Shown here one piece after another: positions 50,631 through 61,000 of a DNA stretch of 64,000 bases (its first letter is position 1; each line of letters starts with the position of its first letter). Location: positions 29,230 through 93,229 of the forward strand of contig BTWA01000025.1 in the NCBI GenBank assembly GCA_045863295.1, read 5' to 3'. The notes under the pieces are model-generated. The model saw only the letters and a list, made by a program, of their open reading frames with translations, ran no database searches and was not told the origin of the DNA. The stretch comes from Candidatus Hydrogenedentota bacterium. Lineage in GTDB: Bacteria > Hydrogenedentota > Hydrogenedentia > Hydrogenedentales > SLHB01. The translations under genes and the position numbers were made by a program.

Positions 50631-51815
50631 ATGCGCGTCGGGTTCGTTGTACTATTTCGTTTGCTATACCGGACAGTATTCAAGAGCCGTGGCACCCACG
50701 CCCGGTTTACCGTCCGGCGCTTCTTCGTCATGGCCTTCTTTATTCCAGCCTTTGTCACGCTCCAAATACTGCATCGGATTGCATTTAAGCTGGATGACCT
50801 GTTCTTCGGGGCCTATAAAAACGTGGCCATCAAGGAACCGGTGTTTATTGTCGGCATTCCCCGCAGTGGAACCACGTTCCTTCACCGCGTTATGTCAAAA
50901 GACACGGAAACATTCACGACGCTGAAACTGTGGGAACTGATTTTTGCCCCGTCGATCGTCGAACGCAAAGTAGTGTTCGGGTTGCGCTGGCTGGACGGCA
51001 TGGTCGGACACCCGGGATACAAGATCCTCGCGGCGCTGGAGAATCGGATTTTTGCCGAAGTGCGAAAAATACACCGGGTCAGCCTGTTCGAACCGGAGGA
51101 AGACGACCTCATCCTCTTCCCGATTTTTGCGTCTATTTTCCTGCTCTTCCCGTTTCCTTTCGAAGAGGAATTGTGGCACCACGCCACCTTTGACCGGGAT
51201 ACCCCCGAAGCCGATCGGAGGGCCATCATGTCGTTTTACCGCGAATGCGTGCGGCGGCACTTATACGTACATGGGCCGGAGAAGCGGTTTCTGTCCAAAA
51301 ACCCGGCCTTCAGCCCCAAGACCGATTCGCTGCTGGAGTTCTTCCCGGATGCCCGCGTGATCTGCAACGTGCGCAATCCCTATTCGTCCGTGCCAAGCTT
51401 GATGAGCTTTCTATCGTTTTCATGGAACCGGTTCGACAACGACCCCAAAGGCGATCGCTTCCGCGAGATGATCATGCGTCTCGCCGGACACTGGTATCGC
51501 ATGCCCATGGAGCGCCTGCCCAAGTGGCCCAAAGGCCAATATGCCTTCGCCAAATACGACGGGCTGACCGCGACGCCGCGAAAACTCATCAGTGAACTCT
51601 ACGAAAATCTAAACATTCCCCTCACCGAGCCCTTCCGCATGGTGCTCGCCACGGAAGAAGAAAAGGCCAAGGGCTACGTCAGCAAGCACAATTACTCGCT
51701 GGACAAATACGGCCTGACCGCGGACATGATTCGCGAAGCGTACAAAGACGTTTTCGAATACTACGGGTTCGAAACGGAGATCGAGGAAGTCCAGCAGGTC
51801 TACCGCGCGGTGTAA
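50631..51815 (+). CDS. PAPS-dependent sulfotransferase with N-terminal membrane anchor
   Basis: 5'-PSB loop GIPRSGTTFL, KNP, 3'-PB RNPYSSVPS; hydrophobic N-terminal helix. Confidence 0.87.
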   Translation: MRVGFVVLFRLLYRTVFKSRGTHARFTVRRFFVMAFFIPAFVTLQILHRIAFKLDDLFFGAYKNVAIKEPVFIVGIPRSGTTFLHRVMSKDTETFTTLKLWELIFAPSIVERKVVFGLRWLDGMVGHPGYKILAALENRIFAEVRKIHRVSLFEPEEDDLILFPIFASIFLLFPFPFEEELWHHATFDRDTPEADRRAIMSFYRECVRRHLYVHGPEKRFLSKNPAFSPKTDSLLEFFPDARVICNVRNPYSSVPSLMSFLSFSWNRFDNDPKGDRFREMIMRLAGHWYRMPMERLPKWPKGQYAFAKYDGLTATPRKLISELYENLNIPLTEPFRMVLATEEEKAKGYVSKHNYSLDKYGLTADMIREAYKDVFEYYGFETEIEEVQQVYRAV

Positions 51816-51875
51816 AGAGTCCTATTCTGGAGTTGCGTACTCAGGCTTGTTTCAGAAGTATTCGTGCAATTGGAC

Positions 51876-53816
51876 TCAACCCACCTTTTCCGCCACCGGC
51901 GATCCAATAAACCTGCGTACGCTTTCGGCGATGCCCTCCGCGTGCAGTCCTATAGTCTGCAACTGTTCATCGCGCGTGGAGTGATCGACGAAGAGGTCGG
52001 GGAAGCCGAGTTTGCGGATGCGGGCTTCGTGGAGCGTACCTCGGCGTTCGAAATGGTCCATAACAGCGGATCCAAAACCGCCGACAATCGAATTCTCTTC
52101 GACCGTGATAATGGGCGCGCTCTTGATGCTTTCGATCAGGCCCTCGTCCAGCGGCTTGATGCTGCGCGCGTCGGCGACGGCAATGGAGTAGCCCTCGGCC
52201 GCGAGCAGTTCGGCGGCGACAAGGCAGTTCGCCAGCACCGGTCCGATGCCCAGAATGGTGGCATCCGTGCCTTCGCGTAGAATCTGGCCGCGCAACACGT
52301 CGTCGCCACGGCCTTCAGCCTCGCCAATGGTCGTGGCTTTGCCGCGCGCGTACCGGATGGAGGATGGACCGTGGTGATTGAGCGACCAGTGGAGCATGCG
52401 CTGTAAATCGACGTCGTCGCGCGGGGCGAGCAACACGATGTTCGGCACGCATCGCATAAACGAAATGTCGAATGCGCCCTGCTGCGTGGGGCTGTCTTCG
52501 CCCACGGGGCCGGCGCGATCCACGGCAAAGATGACGGGCAGATTCTGCAAACACACGTCGTGCAGGTATTGATCGTAAGCGCGCTGCAAGAACGTGGAGT
52601 AGATGGCACAGACCGGCTTCATGCCTTCGGTTGCCAGACCCGCCGCAAACGTCACGGCGTGTTGCTCGCAGATGCCCACATCGAACATGCGTTCGGGGAA
52701 ATGCTTTTCAAACTTCGACATGCCCGTGCCCGTGGGCATGGCCGCGGTAATCCCCACGATACGGTTGTCTTTCTTTGCCGCCTCGATAAGCGTATCCGCG
52801 AAGACATCGGTAAAGGTCTTGGCGGGCTTGTTGTTCTCGGAACCCTTGAACGCGCCTGTATTGATGTCAAACGCACGGACCCCATGGTAGGTGAGGGGAT
52901 CCTGCTCGGCATAGCTATACCCCTTGCCCTTTTGCGTGACGGCATGAAAGAGCACAGGGCCATGGGGTTTGTTCTTGAGGTTTTGCAGACATTCCACCAA
53001 CGTTTCCAGGTCGTGTCCGTCCACCGGTCCGACATACCGCGATCCCAGGTGCTCAAACATCGTGCCCGGTGTCAGGAAGCCTTTGACCGAATGTTCGATC
53101 CGTTGCGCCGCCTTGATGAACTGCTGACCAAGCGCCTTTTCCATGAACGAATGTATGTCGCCCCGTGCCCGCGTATACAGCCCGCCCGTAATCAATCGGT
53201 TGAAATAGCTCGACAAAGCGCCGACATTGGGCGAAATGGACATCTTGTTGTCGTTCAGGATGACGGTAACGTTGTACCCCAGGTGACCCGCGTGCGCGAG
53301 CGCTTCAAACGCCATGCCGGCCGTCATGGCTCCGTCGCCGATGACAGCGATGGCATGCCGGTTCTGACCCTTGAGGTGGAACGCCGTGGCCATACCCAAT
53401 GCCGCGCTGATGGAAGTGGAACTATGCCCGGTGCCGAAGGGGTCAAACATGCTTTCGCTTCGTTTGGGATACCCGCTGAGGCCGCCCTTTTTGCGGATGG
53501 TGTGCATCAGGTCTTTGCGGCCGGTGACCAGCTTGTGGGCATAGCACTGATGGCCCACGTCCCACACCAGCATGTCTTTTTCGGTGTCAAACACGTAGTG
53601 CAACGCAAGCGTCAGTTCCACCACCCCCAGATGGGAAGAAAGATGGCCCTCATTGACCGAAGCCACCGCGATGATGGCGCGGCGGATCTCTTCGGCTAAC
53701 TGCTTTAACTGCTCTATTGATAAGCGTTTAAGGTCTGCCGGACCGTTAATGGTATCCAGGATGGGGGTGTCCCCCTTTTCAGGCAGACGCGGTTCGCAAT
53801 GATTCGTATCGGTCAT
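51876..53816 (-). CDS. dxs: 1-deoxy-D-xylulose-5-phosphate synthase
   Basis: GHLSSHLGVVELT, WDVGHQ, GHSSTSIS, GDGAMTAG, NDN, DVGICEQH, YSTFLQR, DRAG. Confidence 0.97.
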   Translation of the reverse strand: MTDTNHCEPRLPEKGDTPILDTINGPADLKRLSIEQLKQLAEEIRRAIIAVASVNEGHLSSHLGVVELTLALHYVFDTEKDMLVWDVGHQCYAHKLVTGRKDLMHTIRKKGGLSGYPKRSESMFDPFGTGHSSTSISAALGMATAFHLKGQNRHAIAVIGDGAMTAGMAFEALAHAGHLGYNVTVILNDNKMSISPNVGALSSYFNRLITGGLYTRARGDIHSFMEKALGQQFIKAAQRIEHSVKGFLTPGTMFEHLGSRYVGPVDGHDLETLVECLQNLKNKPHGPVLFHAVTQKGKGYSYAEQDPLTYHGVRAFDINTGAFKGSENNKPAKTFTDVFADTLIEAAKKDNRIVGITAAMPTGTGMSKFEKHFPERMFDVGICEQHAVTFAAGLATEGMKPVCAIYSTFLQRAYDQYLHDVCLQNLPVIFAVDRAGPVGEDSPTQQGAFDISFMRCVPNIVLLAPRDDVDLQRMLHWSLNHHGPSSIRYARGKATTIGEAEGRGDDVLRGQILREGTDATILGIGPVLANCLVAAELLAAEGYSIAVADARSIKPLDEGLIESIKSAPIITVEENSIVGGFGSAVMDHFERRGTLHEARIRKLGFPDLFVDHSTRDEQLQTIGLHAEGIAESVRRFIGSPVAEKVG

Positions 53817-54109
53817 GGGCCTTTCGCCTTCTTTGAATCCAGCCAATCGTGCATATCAACTACGAATTCTGTCCCCAACTGCTTTTAAATACCTCAGTTT
53901 CGCCCAAGCATCGCGGCGGCCTCGGGGTGCAACGCCGCGATTTCCAAAAACAGATCGGGAAACAGGACCCCAAAAGTATAGCAAATCCTTGCACCAACTT
54001 ACATTTGGAATTCAGTAAGCACCCCTGCCGGCGCACCCGATTCATTGCCTTTTCTCCGTTACTGAGTCAGAATGCCCCTAAATTCAATCAGGGAAACGGG
54101 ACCAGGGGC

Positions 54110-55534
54110 ATGCGACACGATATTTCACGCAGAACGTTTTTAGCTGCCGGAACAGCCGCCGCGGCTGGACTCCGGATGCAATCCGCGCGAGCGTCGACGA
54201 CGGCGCCCAACATTCTTTTCCTCTTTGCGGATGATCTCCGGAGTGATTATCTCGGTTGCATGGGCACGCCCATCATTCAGACGCCAAACCTGGACCGGAT
54301 GGCAGGAGAAGGGGTGCTGTTCTCGAACAACTTCTGCACGACGCCCATTTGCATGGCCAGCCGGGCCAGTGTGTTTACCGGGCAGTACGTACGCACCCAT
54401 GGGATCGACAACTTTGCGAAGCCGTTGTCGCCTGAGGCCTATGCGATGATATATCCGGAGTTATTGCGCCAGTCAGGGTACCGCACCGGATTTATCGGCA
54501 AATGGGGTCTGGGCGGAGAGTTGCCGGCTGACAAGTTTGATTTCTTCCAAGGGTTTCCAGGCCAGGGACACTATTTCAACGAGATTAATGGGAAGAAAGA
54601 GCACCTGCGCAAGACCACCGGTGACCACATTGAGGCGTTTCTAAAAGCGGGGGATGGTTCCAAACCGTTCTGCCTGTCGGTCAGTTTCAAGGAACCGCAT
54701 GTCGAAGACGGCGATCCGCGTCAGTACCTGTACGACCCGGAACTCGAAGACCTGTACAAGGACGACGTGATTCCACCGCCGGCCGTCTCGAGCGACGCCC
54801 ACTTCAACTCGCTGCCCGACTTTGTCCGCACATCCGAAGGGCGCACGCGCTGGGGCTACCGGTTTGAGACGCCCGAACACTATCAGGAGTCCGTCAAAGG
54901 ATATTATCGTCTCGTTACAGGCATGGACTTCGTGGTGGGCCGGGCACGATCGTTGCTCCACCAGCTTGGACTCGCGGAGAACACCATCGTGATCTTCACG
55001 GCGGACAACGGCATTTTCAATGGCGAGTGGGGTCTGGCGGGAAAATGGCTCGGCTACGAACAAAGCATCCGTACCCCATTAATCGTGTTTGATCCCCGCG
55101 TTGCACCGGGGCAGCGTGGCAGGCGTGTTTCGCAGATGGCGCTGAACATCGATATGGCGCCGACGATGCTCGACTATGCCGGGGTCGCGATTCCCCAAGC
55201 CATGCAAGGCCGAAGTGTGCGGCCGATTGTCGAGGGCGCTTCTCCCGCATGGCGTACCGAGTGGTTCTTCGAACACCTGTATGGACATAACGGGAAAATC
55301 CCCAGAAGCGAAGGCGTGCGGACCGACTCCGCCAAGTATGTGCGCTACGTTGACCCCGATCCCAACCTGGAATATGCATGGGACCTGACAACGGATCCGC
55401 TGGAAGAGCGCAACTTGTTCGATGCGCCGGACACCAAGAGTCAGGCAGAGCAGTTAAGGACACGCTGGCAAATTTGGCACGACGCGCTCGCGGCATGGAA
55501 ACCGCAAGAAGGACCATGGACGGACCCGGCTTAA
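54110..55534 (+). CDS. Tat-exported sulfatase
   Basis: SRRTFL signal from ATG 54110, FADD, CMASRASVFTG, GKWGLG, DNG. Confidence 0.92.
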   Translation: MRHDISRRTFLAAGTAAAAGLRMQSARASTTAPNILFLFADDLRSDYLGCMGTPIIQTPNLDRMAGEGVLFSNNFCTTPICMASRASVFTGQYVRTHGIDNFAKPLSPEAYAMIYPELLRQSGYRTGFIGKWGLGGELPADKFDFFQGFPGQGHYFNEINGKKEHLRKTTGDHIEAFLKAGDGSKPFCLSVSFKEPHVEDGDPRQYLYDPELEDLYKDDVIPPPAVSSDAHFNSLPDFVRTSEGRTRWGYRFETPEHYQESVKGYYRLVTGMDFVVGRARSLLHQLGLAENTIVIFTADNGIFNGEWGLAGKWLGYEQSIRTPLIVFDPRVAPGQRGRRVSQMALNIDMAPTMLDYAGVAIPQAMQGRSVRPIVEGASPAWRTEWFFEHLYGHNGKIPRSEGVRTDSAKYVRYVDPDPNLEYAWDLTTDPLEERNLFDAPDTKSQAEQLRTRWQIWHDALAAWKPQEGPWTDPA

Positions 55535-56247
55535 GCGACGCCCGGCCAAAGTTGGCCAAGAATCTCCGTGGCGCTGCCACGCAGCGCATGGGTGTATAGT
55601 GGCGTCATCGGCGTGTCGTCGAGGTTTATCTCAATAGTGGTCGCGCCATGGGCCATGGCAATTCGAGGCAATTCAGCCGCGGGAAACACAACGGCCGATG
55701 TGCCGATACTTACCAGCACGTCGCATTGACCAATCGCATCTGCGGCGCGCTGTAGCGTGTCTGCTCGAAGGGGGTCCTCGAACCAGACAATGTCCGGCCG
55801 CCAATAGGCTCCACACGTGCAGCGCCGGTTCGCGATAGGGATTTCGAAGTTCGGCGTCACTGTTCCTTCCCGGTCACAGCGTACTCGCCACAAACTTCCA
55901 TGCAACTCAATCACATCGGGCGAACCCGCCCGCTGATGCAACCCATCCACATTCTGAGTAATAACCACCGTACCCGGACGTTCGCACTGTATTGCCGCAA
56001 TGAGGTCATGACCGCGATTGGGCTCGCACGACAACACCTTGGCGCGCCGCGTGTCGTGAAAGTCCCACACTTTCTCGGGGTCGCGTTCGAAGGCGCGTTG
56101 ACAGGCGTATTCTTCGTAATTGTATTGCGCCCAGACACCGCCGCGGCCCCGGTATGTTGCCAGCCCGCTTTGCGCGGACAGCCCCGCACCAGTAAAGAAA
56201 ACGATTCGCTGGAAGTCTTTCAGGGACAAAGTATTGCTACTGGCCAT
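55531..56247 (-). CDS. cobB: NAD-dependent protein deacylase (sirtuin, CobB-like)
   Basis: TGAGLSAQSG..TYRG, TQNVDGLH, HGS, RPDIVWF and GTS..V.PA motifs. Confidence 0.9.
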   Translation of the reverse strand: MASSNTLSLKDFQRIVFFTGAGLSAQSGLATYRGRGGVWAQYNYEEYACQRAFERDPEKVWDFHDTRRAKVLSCEPNRGHDLIAAIQCERPGTVVITQNVDGLHQRAGSPDVIELHGSLWRVRCDREGTVTPNFEIPIANRRCTCGAYWRPDIVWFEDPLRADTLQRAADAIGQCDVLVSIGTSAVVFPAAELPRIAMAHGATTIEINLDDTPMTPLYTHALRGSATEILGQLWPGVA

Positions 56248-56366
56248 GGTATTCGGAATTCCGTGTAAGCAATTGCGAGACGTGGGGTTGCAGTTTAAAT
56301 TCGCGTCGGCCAAGTGCTATTCTTTTCGATTGGAGCCGGGAATTCAACAGAGAAAGGAGTCCGCAC

Positions 56367-57572
56367 ATGCTCTGTTCCGCGTTATTGATAACGATCTCCG
56401 CACTCGCGGCAAGCCCCGTACATCAGGCCGAAATCATCTTTCCTCATGAATCATGGCATAACCACTCGTCCAGCATGGTAGAAACTCCGCAAGGAGACTT
56501 CATCGCCGCCTGGTTTCATGGCAGCGGCGAGCGCAAAGAAGATGACGTCGTCGTCATGGGATCCCGCCTGCGCAAGGGCGAATCCGCATGGAGTGAGCCA
56601 TTCCTCATGGCCGATTCGCAAGACCTGCCCGACTGCAACCCCGTATTGTTTATGGATCCCCAAGGAAAGCTTTGGTTGTTTTGGGTGGCCATACAAAACA
56701 ACGAATGGGGCGGCGCGCTTCTGAAATACCGGACGTCGACCGACTATCAGGACGACGGAGCGCCCAAGTGGGAATGGCAGGATGTCATCCACACGCGTCC
56801 AAAAGACTTGGAAACGATTCACCCGGCGTTTCTCGAAGAGGCCAAGATACAATTCAAAGAACATCTCGCCAGCAACCCGCAACACGCCGCAATGATCGAG
56901 CAATTGAAGGCGGCATCCCAGGATAAGCTGACCAGCCGGCTCGGCTGGATGGGCCGGATACCGCCCATCATGATTTCCGAAAAGAAAATGATGTTGGGAC
57001 TCTACTCCGACGTGTTTAATTGCTCAATCGCGGCCTTCACCGAGGATTCGGGAAAAACCTGGTCCTACAGCGAGCCGATTCTGGAACTGGGCAACATTCA
57101 GCCCGCGTTCATTCAAAGGAAGGACGGCAGCATCATCTGCTTCATGCGCGACAACGGCATTCCCGGCAAAGTGAAGACCGCGCGTTCTGACGATGGCGGC
57201 GTCAAGTGGTCAAAGGTGGGCGTTTCCGATATTCCCAATCCTGGAAGCAGCGTGGCGGCCTACGGATTGAATAGCGGATCATTCATTCTCGCCGCAAACG
57301 ACCTGCGTCAAGGCCGGCACAATCTGACCCTGTATCTTTCCGACGACGAAGGCAAGACTTGGAGCATCAAACGGAGCCTCGAAGCCTTGCCGTCGGGCGA
57401 AGGATCCGCGCACTATCCCAATCTAATCCAATTCGCGGACGGCGACATCCACTGTATCTACACGTTCAAGATCGAGTCCCAAGGCTCGACCATCAAGCAC
57501 GCCCGCTTCAACGAAGAATGGGTGCGCGAAGGCGAAGCGATCTCCGTTAAGAGCAATATCCCCGGAGAATAA
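56367..57572 (+). CDS. Secreted BNR/Asp-box (sialidase-like) protein
   Basis: Signal peptide; Asp-boxes TEDSGKTW, SDDGGVKW, SDDEGKTW; HYP near the C-terminus. Confidence 0.82.
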   Translation: MLCSALLITISALAASPVHQAEIIFPHESWHNHSSSMVETPQGDFIAAWFHGSGERKEDDVVVMGSRLRKGESAWSEPFLMADSQDLPDCNPVLFMDPQGKLWLFWVAIQNNEWGGALLKYRTSTDYQDDGAPKWEWQDVIHTRPKDLETIHPAFLEEAKIQFKEHLASNPQHAAMIEQLKAASQDKLTSRLGWMGRIPPIMISEKKMMLGLYSDVFNCSIAAFTEDSGKTWSYSEPILELGNIQPAFIQRKDGSIICFMRDNGIPGKVKTARSDDGGVKWSKVGVSDIPNPGSSVAAYGLNSGSFILAANDLRQGRHNLTLYLSDDEGKTWSIKRSLEALPSGEGSAHYPNLIQFADGDIHCIYTFKIESQGSTIKHARFNEEWVREGEAISVKSNIPGE

Positions 57573-57599
57573 GGCATTTCTCGTCCAGTCATTGGATTT

Positions 57600-57639
57600 G
57601 AGGACCCCACAACAACACGGATGTCGCTGTGGGGTCCTC
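57600..57639 (+). terminator. Hairpin after the sialidase-like gene
   Basis: 12-bp inverted repeat GAGGACCCCACA...TGTGGGGTCCTC; U-tract weak. Confidence 0.5.
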
Positions 57640-57890
57640 TTACGCTTGATGTGAAAGGATCCGGGGATTCCCAACACCACGAAGACCACCATTCGAGCTG
57701 ATGGCGCACATTCTTCCTGATTCAGTGCTTGGACACCGTTGCGATTTCGATGATTCTTGTACGCTTGTCCATTTCCAAACCCTCATGAGTGGTTGCGGAC
57801 AGAATAGAATACGCAGCGCAATCGTCGGCAAATGCCTGCGGGAACTCACCTTGCCGAAACTCGGATGTAGATACACAGTGGGAAGATCTA

Positions 57891-57899
57891 TGGTATAAT
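57891..57899 (+). promoter_or_regulatory. Extended -10 promoter element upstream of the giant surface-protein gene
   Basis: TGGTATAAT about 190 bp upstream of ATG 58090; no clear -35. Confidence 0.45.
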
Positions 57900-58089
57900 A
57901 GTGGCATTGTTCCAAGACGGTTTGGGAGTTGGCGTAGTACTTGGAACAAGGTCAGCAGCGGATTTTCGAAGCCTGGATACCATTGCGCGTCGTGGTGCAA
58001 GGGTAGATAGCGGCGAACTGCAAAATACCTATTCGCTATTTCCCTGTCTGTACAAATGAGCGTCTACTTTTGGAGCATCGTCTAGCGCA

Positions 58090-61000
58090 ATGCGGGGCAC
58101 CAAGCCGGGGCGGGTTCTTTGGGGAATACTCTTTCTCTTTACCCCTTTTATGTGTAGCGGCACCACCCTCGAATGGACATTCTCGTCGGACCAGGAAGAC
58201 TGGGGAAACGAATCCGAAATCACGCTCGGTTGGGATAGCCGGGAGGGCGGGCTGCTGTTGGCGCAACCCACCTCGTCCACCGATCCACATTTCGGTATTA
58301 CTCTTGCTAGCCCCATTGCATTGACCAGCTTCTCGGAGTTTCGGTCGAAAATCCGCGTAGTTTCTGGCCCCAGCACGCCGGCAGGTCCCATCAGTTGCCA
58401 GTTGGTACTCACATCGGATGCCGGAATCACCACGTATTCGTGCTCGTTGTATCCCGGACTTAATAGAATTACTTTTCAGATTGCTGATCCGGATGCCGGG
58501 AGTATGCCCCCTGCAGGAAACCTTTTGTCGCTACGCATGGATTTGCCACAATCCGGTAACCACGTAGACACCGTTTTTGAAGCCGATTGGATCGCATTGA
58601 GCGATGTCGAAGGGTATTACCCTGCTTCGGACGACAATCCTTCAGGCCGCACATGGTATGTCGACAAGGACAACACGTCGGGCAACGAAGATGGCCTGAG
58701 TTGGCCGACGGCATTTACGTCGCTTCAGTCTGCCATTAATGCAGCGGATGCCGAAGAGGGCGGCGAAGTATGGGTCGCTGAGGGAGTATACGACGAAGCT
58801 CGAATCGGTGACCCATTTGCCGAGGGCGAGAACAGCGGGGCGTTGGTCGTCAACGATAGCGTCCGTCTGTACGGTGGGTTCGCCGGCTCTGAGTCGACAC
58901 GCAATGAACGGGACTGGGACCTTCACCCAACAACGATTGAAGGTTCCGCTTCGAGGGATGGACAGCCCGCATTTCACGTTGTCGTCTGCGAGCACAACGC
59001 CATTTTGGATGGATTCAGCATTTCAGGAGGGCATACGTCGGGAAATGTAGGTGGCGCGGGGGTTGCTGTCCGAGGTTCCAGCGCAACAATTACAAACTGC
59101 CGCATAGAATCGAACTCGGCAGATGGAAATGGTCGTGGCGCCATTGCCGTAACGGCGTTTGGGGTCTGTTCTATTCTGGATTGCGTCGTCGACGCCAACT
59201 ATAGCGATAGCCTCGCCGGGGGACTCTTTGTTGATTCAGACAGTAGAGTCGAAATCACAGGTGGAACATTCCAAGACAATGGCGCCATGCTGGATGGCGG
59301 CGCGATGTATGTCATGGGCAGTTCCCATGTCGAAATAAACGGCGTTAAATTTCTGCAGAACCTTGCGAATTTCGGTGGTGCAATTTACTTTTCTGAATCG
59401 TTCGTAACCATCGTAGACTGCGAATTCACGTTGAATTCAGCCACCGGAGACGGCGGAGCGTTGTTCAATAGTGATTCCAACCTTTCCGTGACGGCATCCC
59501 TGTTTGACTCCAATTCAGCGCAGCGAGATGGAGGTGTCATTTCAGGTTATCAGGCCAACAACGAGTTTTTGAGTTGTCAATTCATTGAGAACGATTCGTC
59601 GCTTGGCCGCGCTGGCGTCGATGCACAGCTTGATATCACCTTTTCCAGCTATACAAATTGCTTGTTTGAAGGCAATTCAGCGGCTGTTTCGGGCGGTGCA
59701 TTAGTATCGGAAGGTCTGAGTACGCTGGTGCTCCAGAATTGCTCGTTCTTGAACAATATACGATTCCACTCGGCCACGCCTGGGCCGGGAATTTACCTCA
59801 ATGATGCGTCACTGACAGCGACCAATTGTGCATTCAAATCGACAGTCGGTGCCGTTACATTCCTGTCGTCTGTTCAGGTCACCTATTGTTGTTCGCCACA
59901 ACCTATCGGCGGAACTGGAAACATTACCGCCGATCCGATATTTCTAAATGTTTCGCCAGGAATGCTCCGGCTGGCTCCGAATTCGCCGTGTATTGATACT
60001 GGGCAATCCCTGGGGTCGCCTGCAACCGACATTCTCGGCGTAGCAAGGCCACGAGGGGCTGAGGTAGACATCGGCGCCCATGAGTTTGGAGGCACGGACA
60101 GCGACGGCGATTCCATACCCGATGAATACGAAGGTTCGGACGATTTTGACAATGATGGAGATTCCAATGCCAACGACATTGACAGTGACGAGGACGGAAT
60201 ACTGGATTCCATTGAATTGACCGGAGATTTCGATGCCGATGGAGCCCCAAACTATTTAGACAATGACAGCGACAACGACGGAATACCCGATAGCGAAGAA
60301 GGAAATGCAGACGTCGACGCCGATGGCCTGCCAAATTACCTGGACCTGGACAGCGATCAGGATGGTTGGACGGATACTTCCGAAAATCAGCAAGGATCAA
60401 ATCCGTATGACGCACAGGATTTTCCGGAGTCGCCGTTTCAAGGTGGATACGCGTTCGAACGTATGTGGCCGCCTCTGCAACAACCTCTCTACTTCTACAA
60501 TACGAAAGACGTCGCTCACGATGGAGCGGGAAACATTTACGTCGCGGACAGCGGAATAAATCAAATCAAAAAATTTAGCTCTCAGGGACGCTTCTTGACA
60601 CAGTGGTACACATCAGGGAGCAATCCTGTTGCGGTCGCGGTGTCCAGTGACAATTATTTGTACGTAGCAGAGCGGCTGGAGCACGCCATTGCAAAGTACT
60701 CGCTGGAGGGAGAGCAAATCTGGAGGAGGGGAAGCAATGGAAACACAAGTGGAAAATTCAATGAGCCTTGGGGGATTGCAGTCAGTCCGGCAGGAAATAT
60801 TTACGTTGCCGATACGCTGAATCATCGAATCCAAGTGTTCAATGTAAATGGTGACTATATTGGACAATGGGGTTCGCAGGGGAGCGCAAACGGCCAATTT
60901 AACCGGCCAAGAAGCGTTGACGCTGACAGTTTTGGCAACGTCTATGTGACAGACGAACTAAATCAGCGCATACAAAAATTCGACGCCACGGGTAACTTCT

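Noticed and set aside
50163..50758. Two ~90-aa minus-strand ORFs in the FabH-like/sulfotransferase gap
   Set aside because: No convincing RBS or family motifs; one overlaps the sulfotransferase start.
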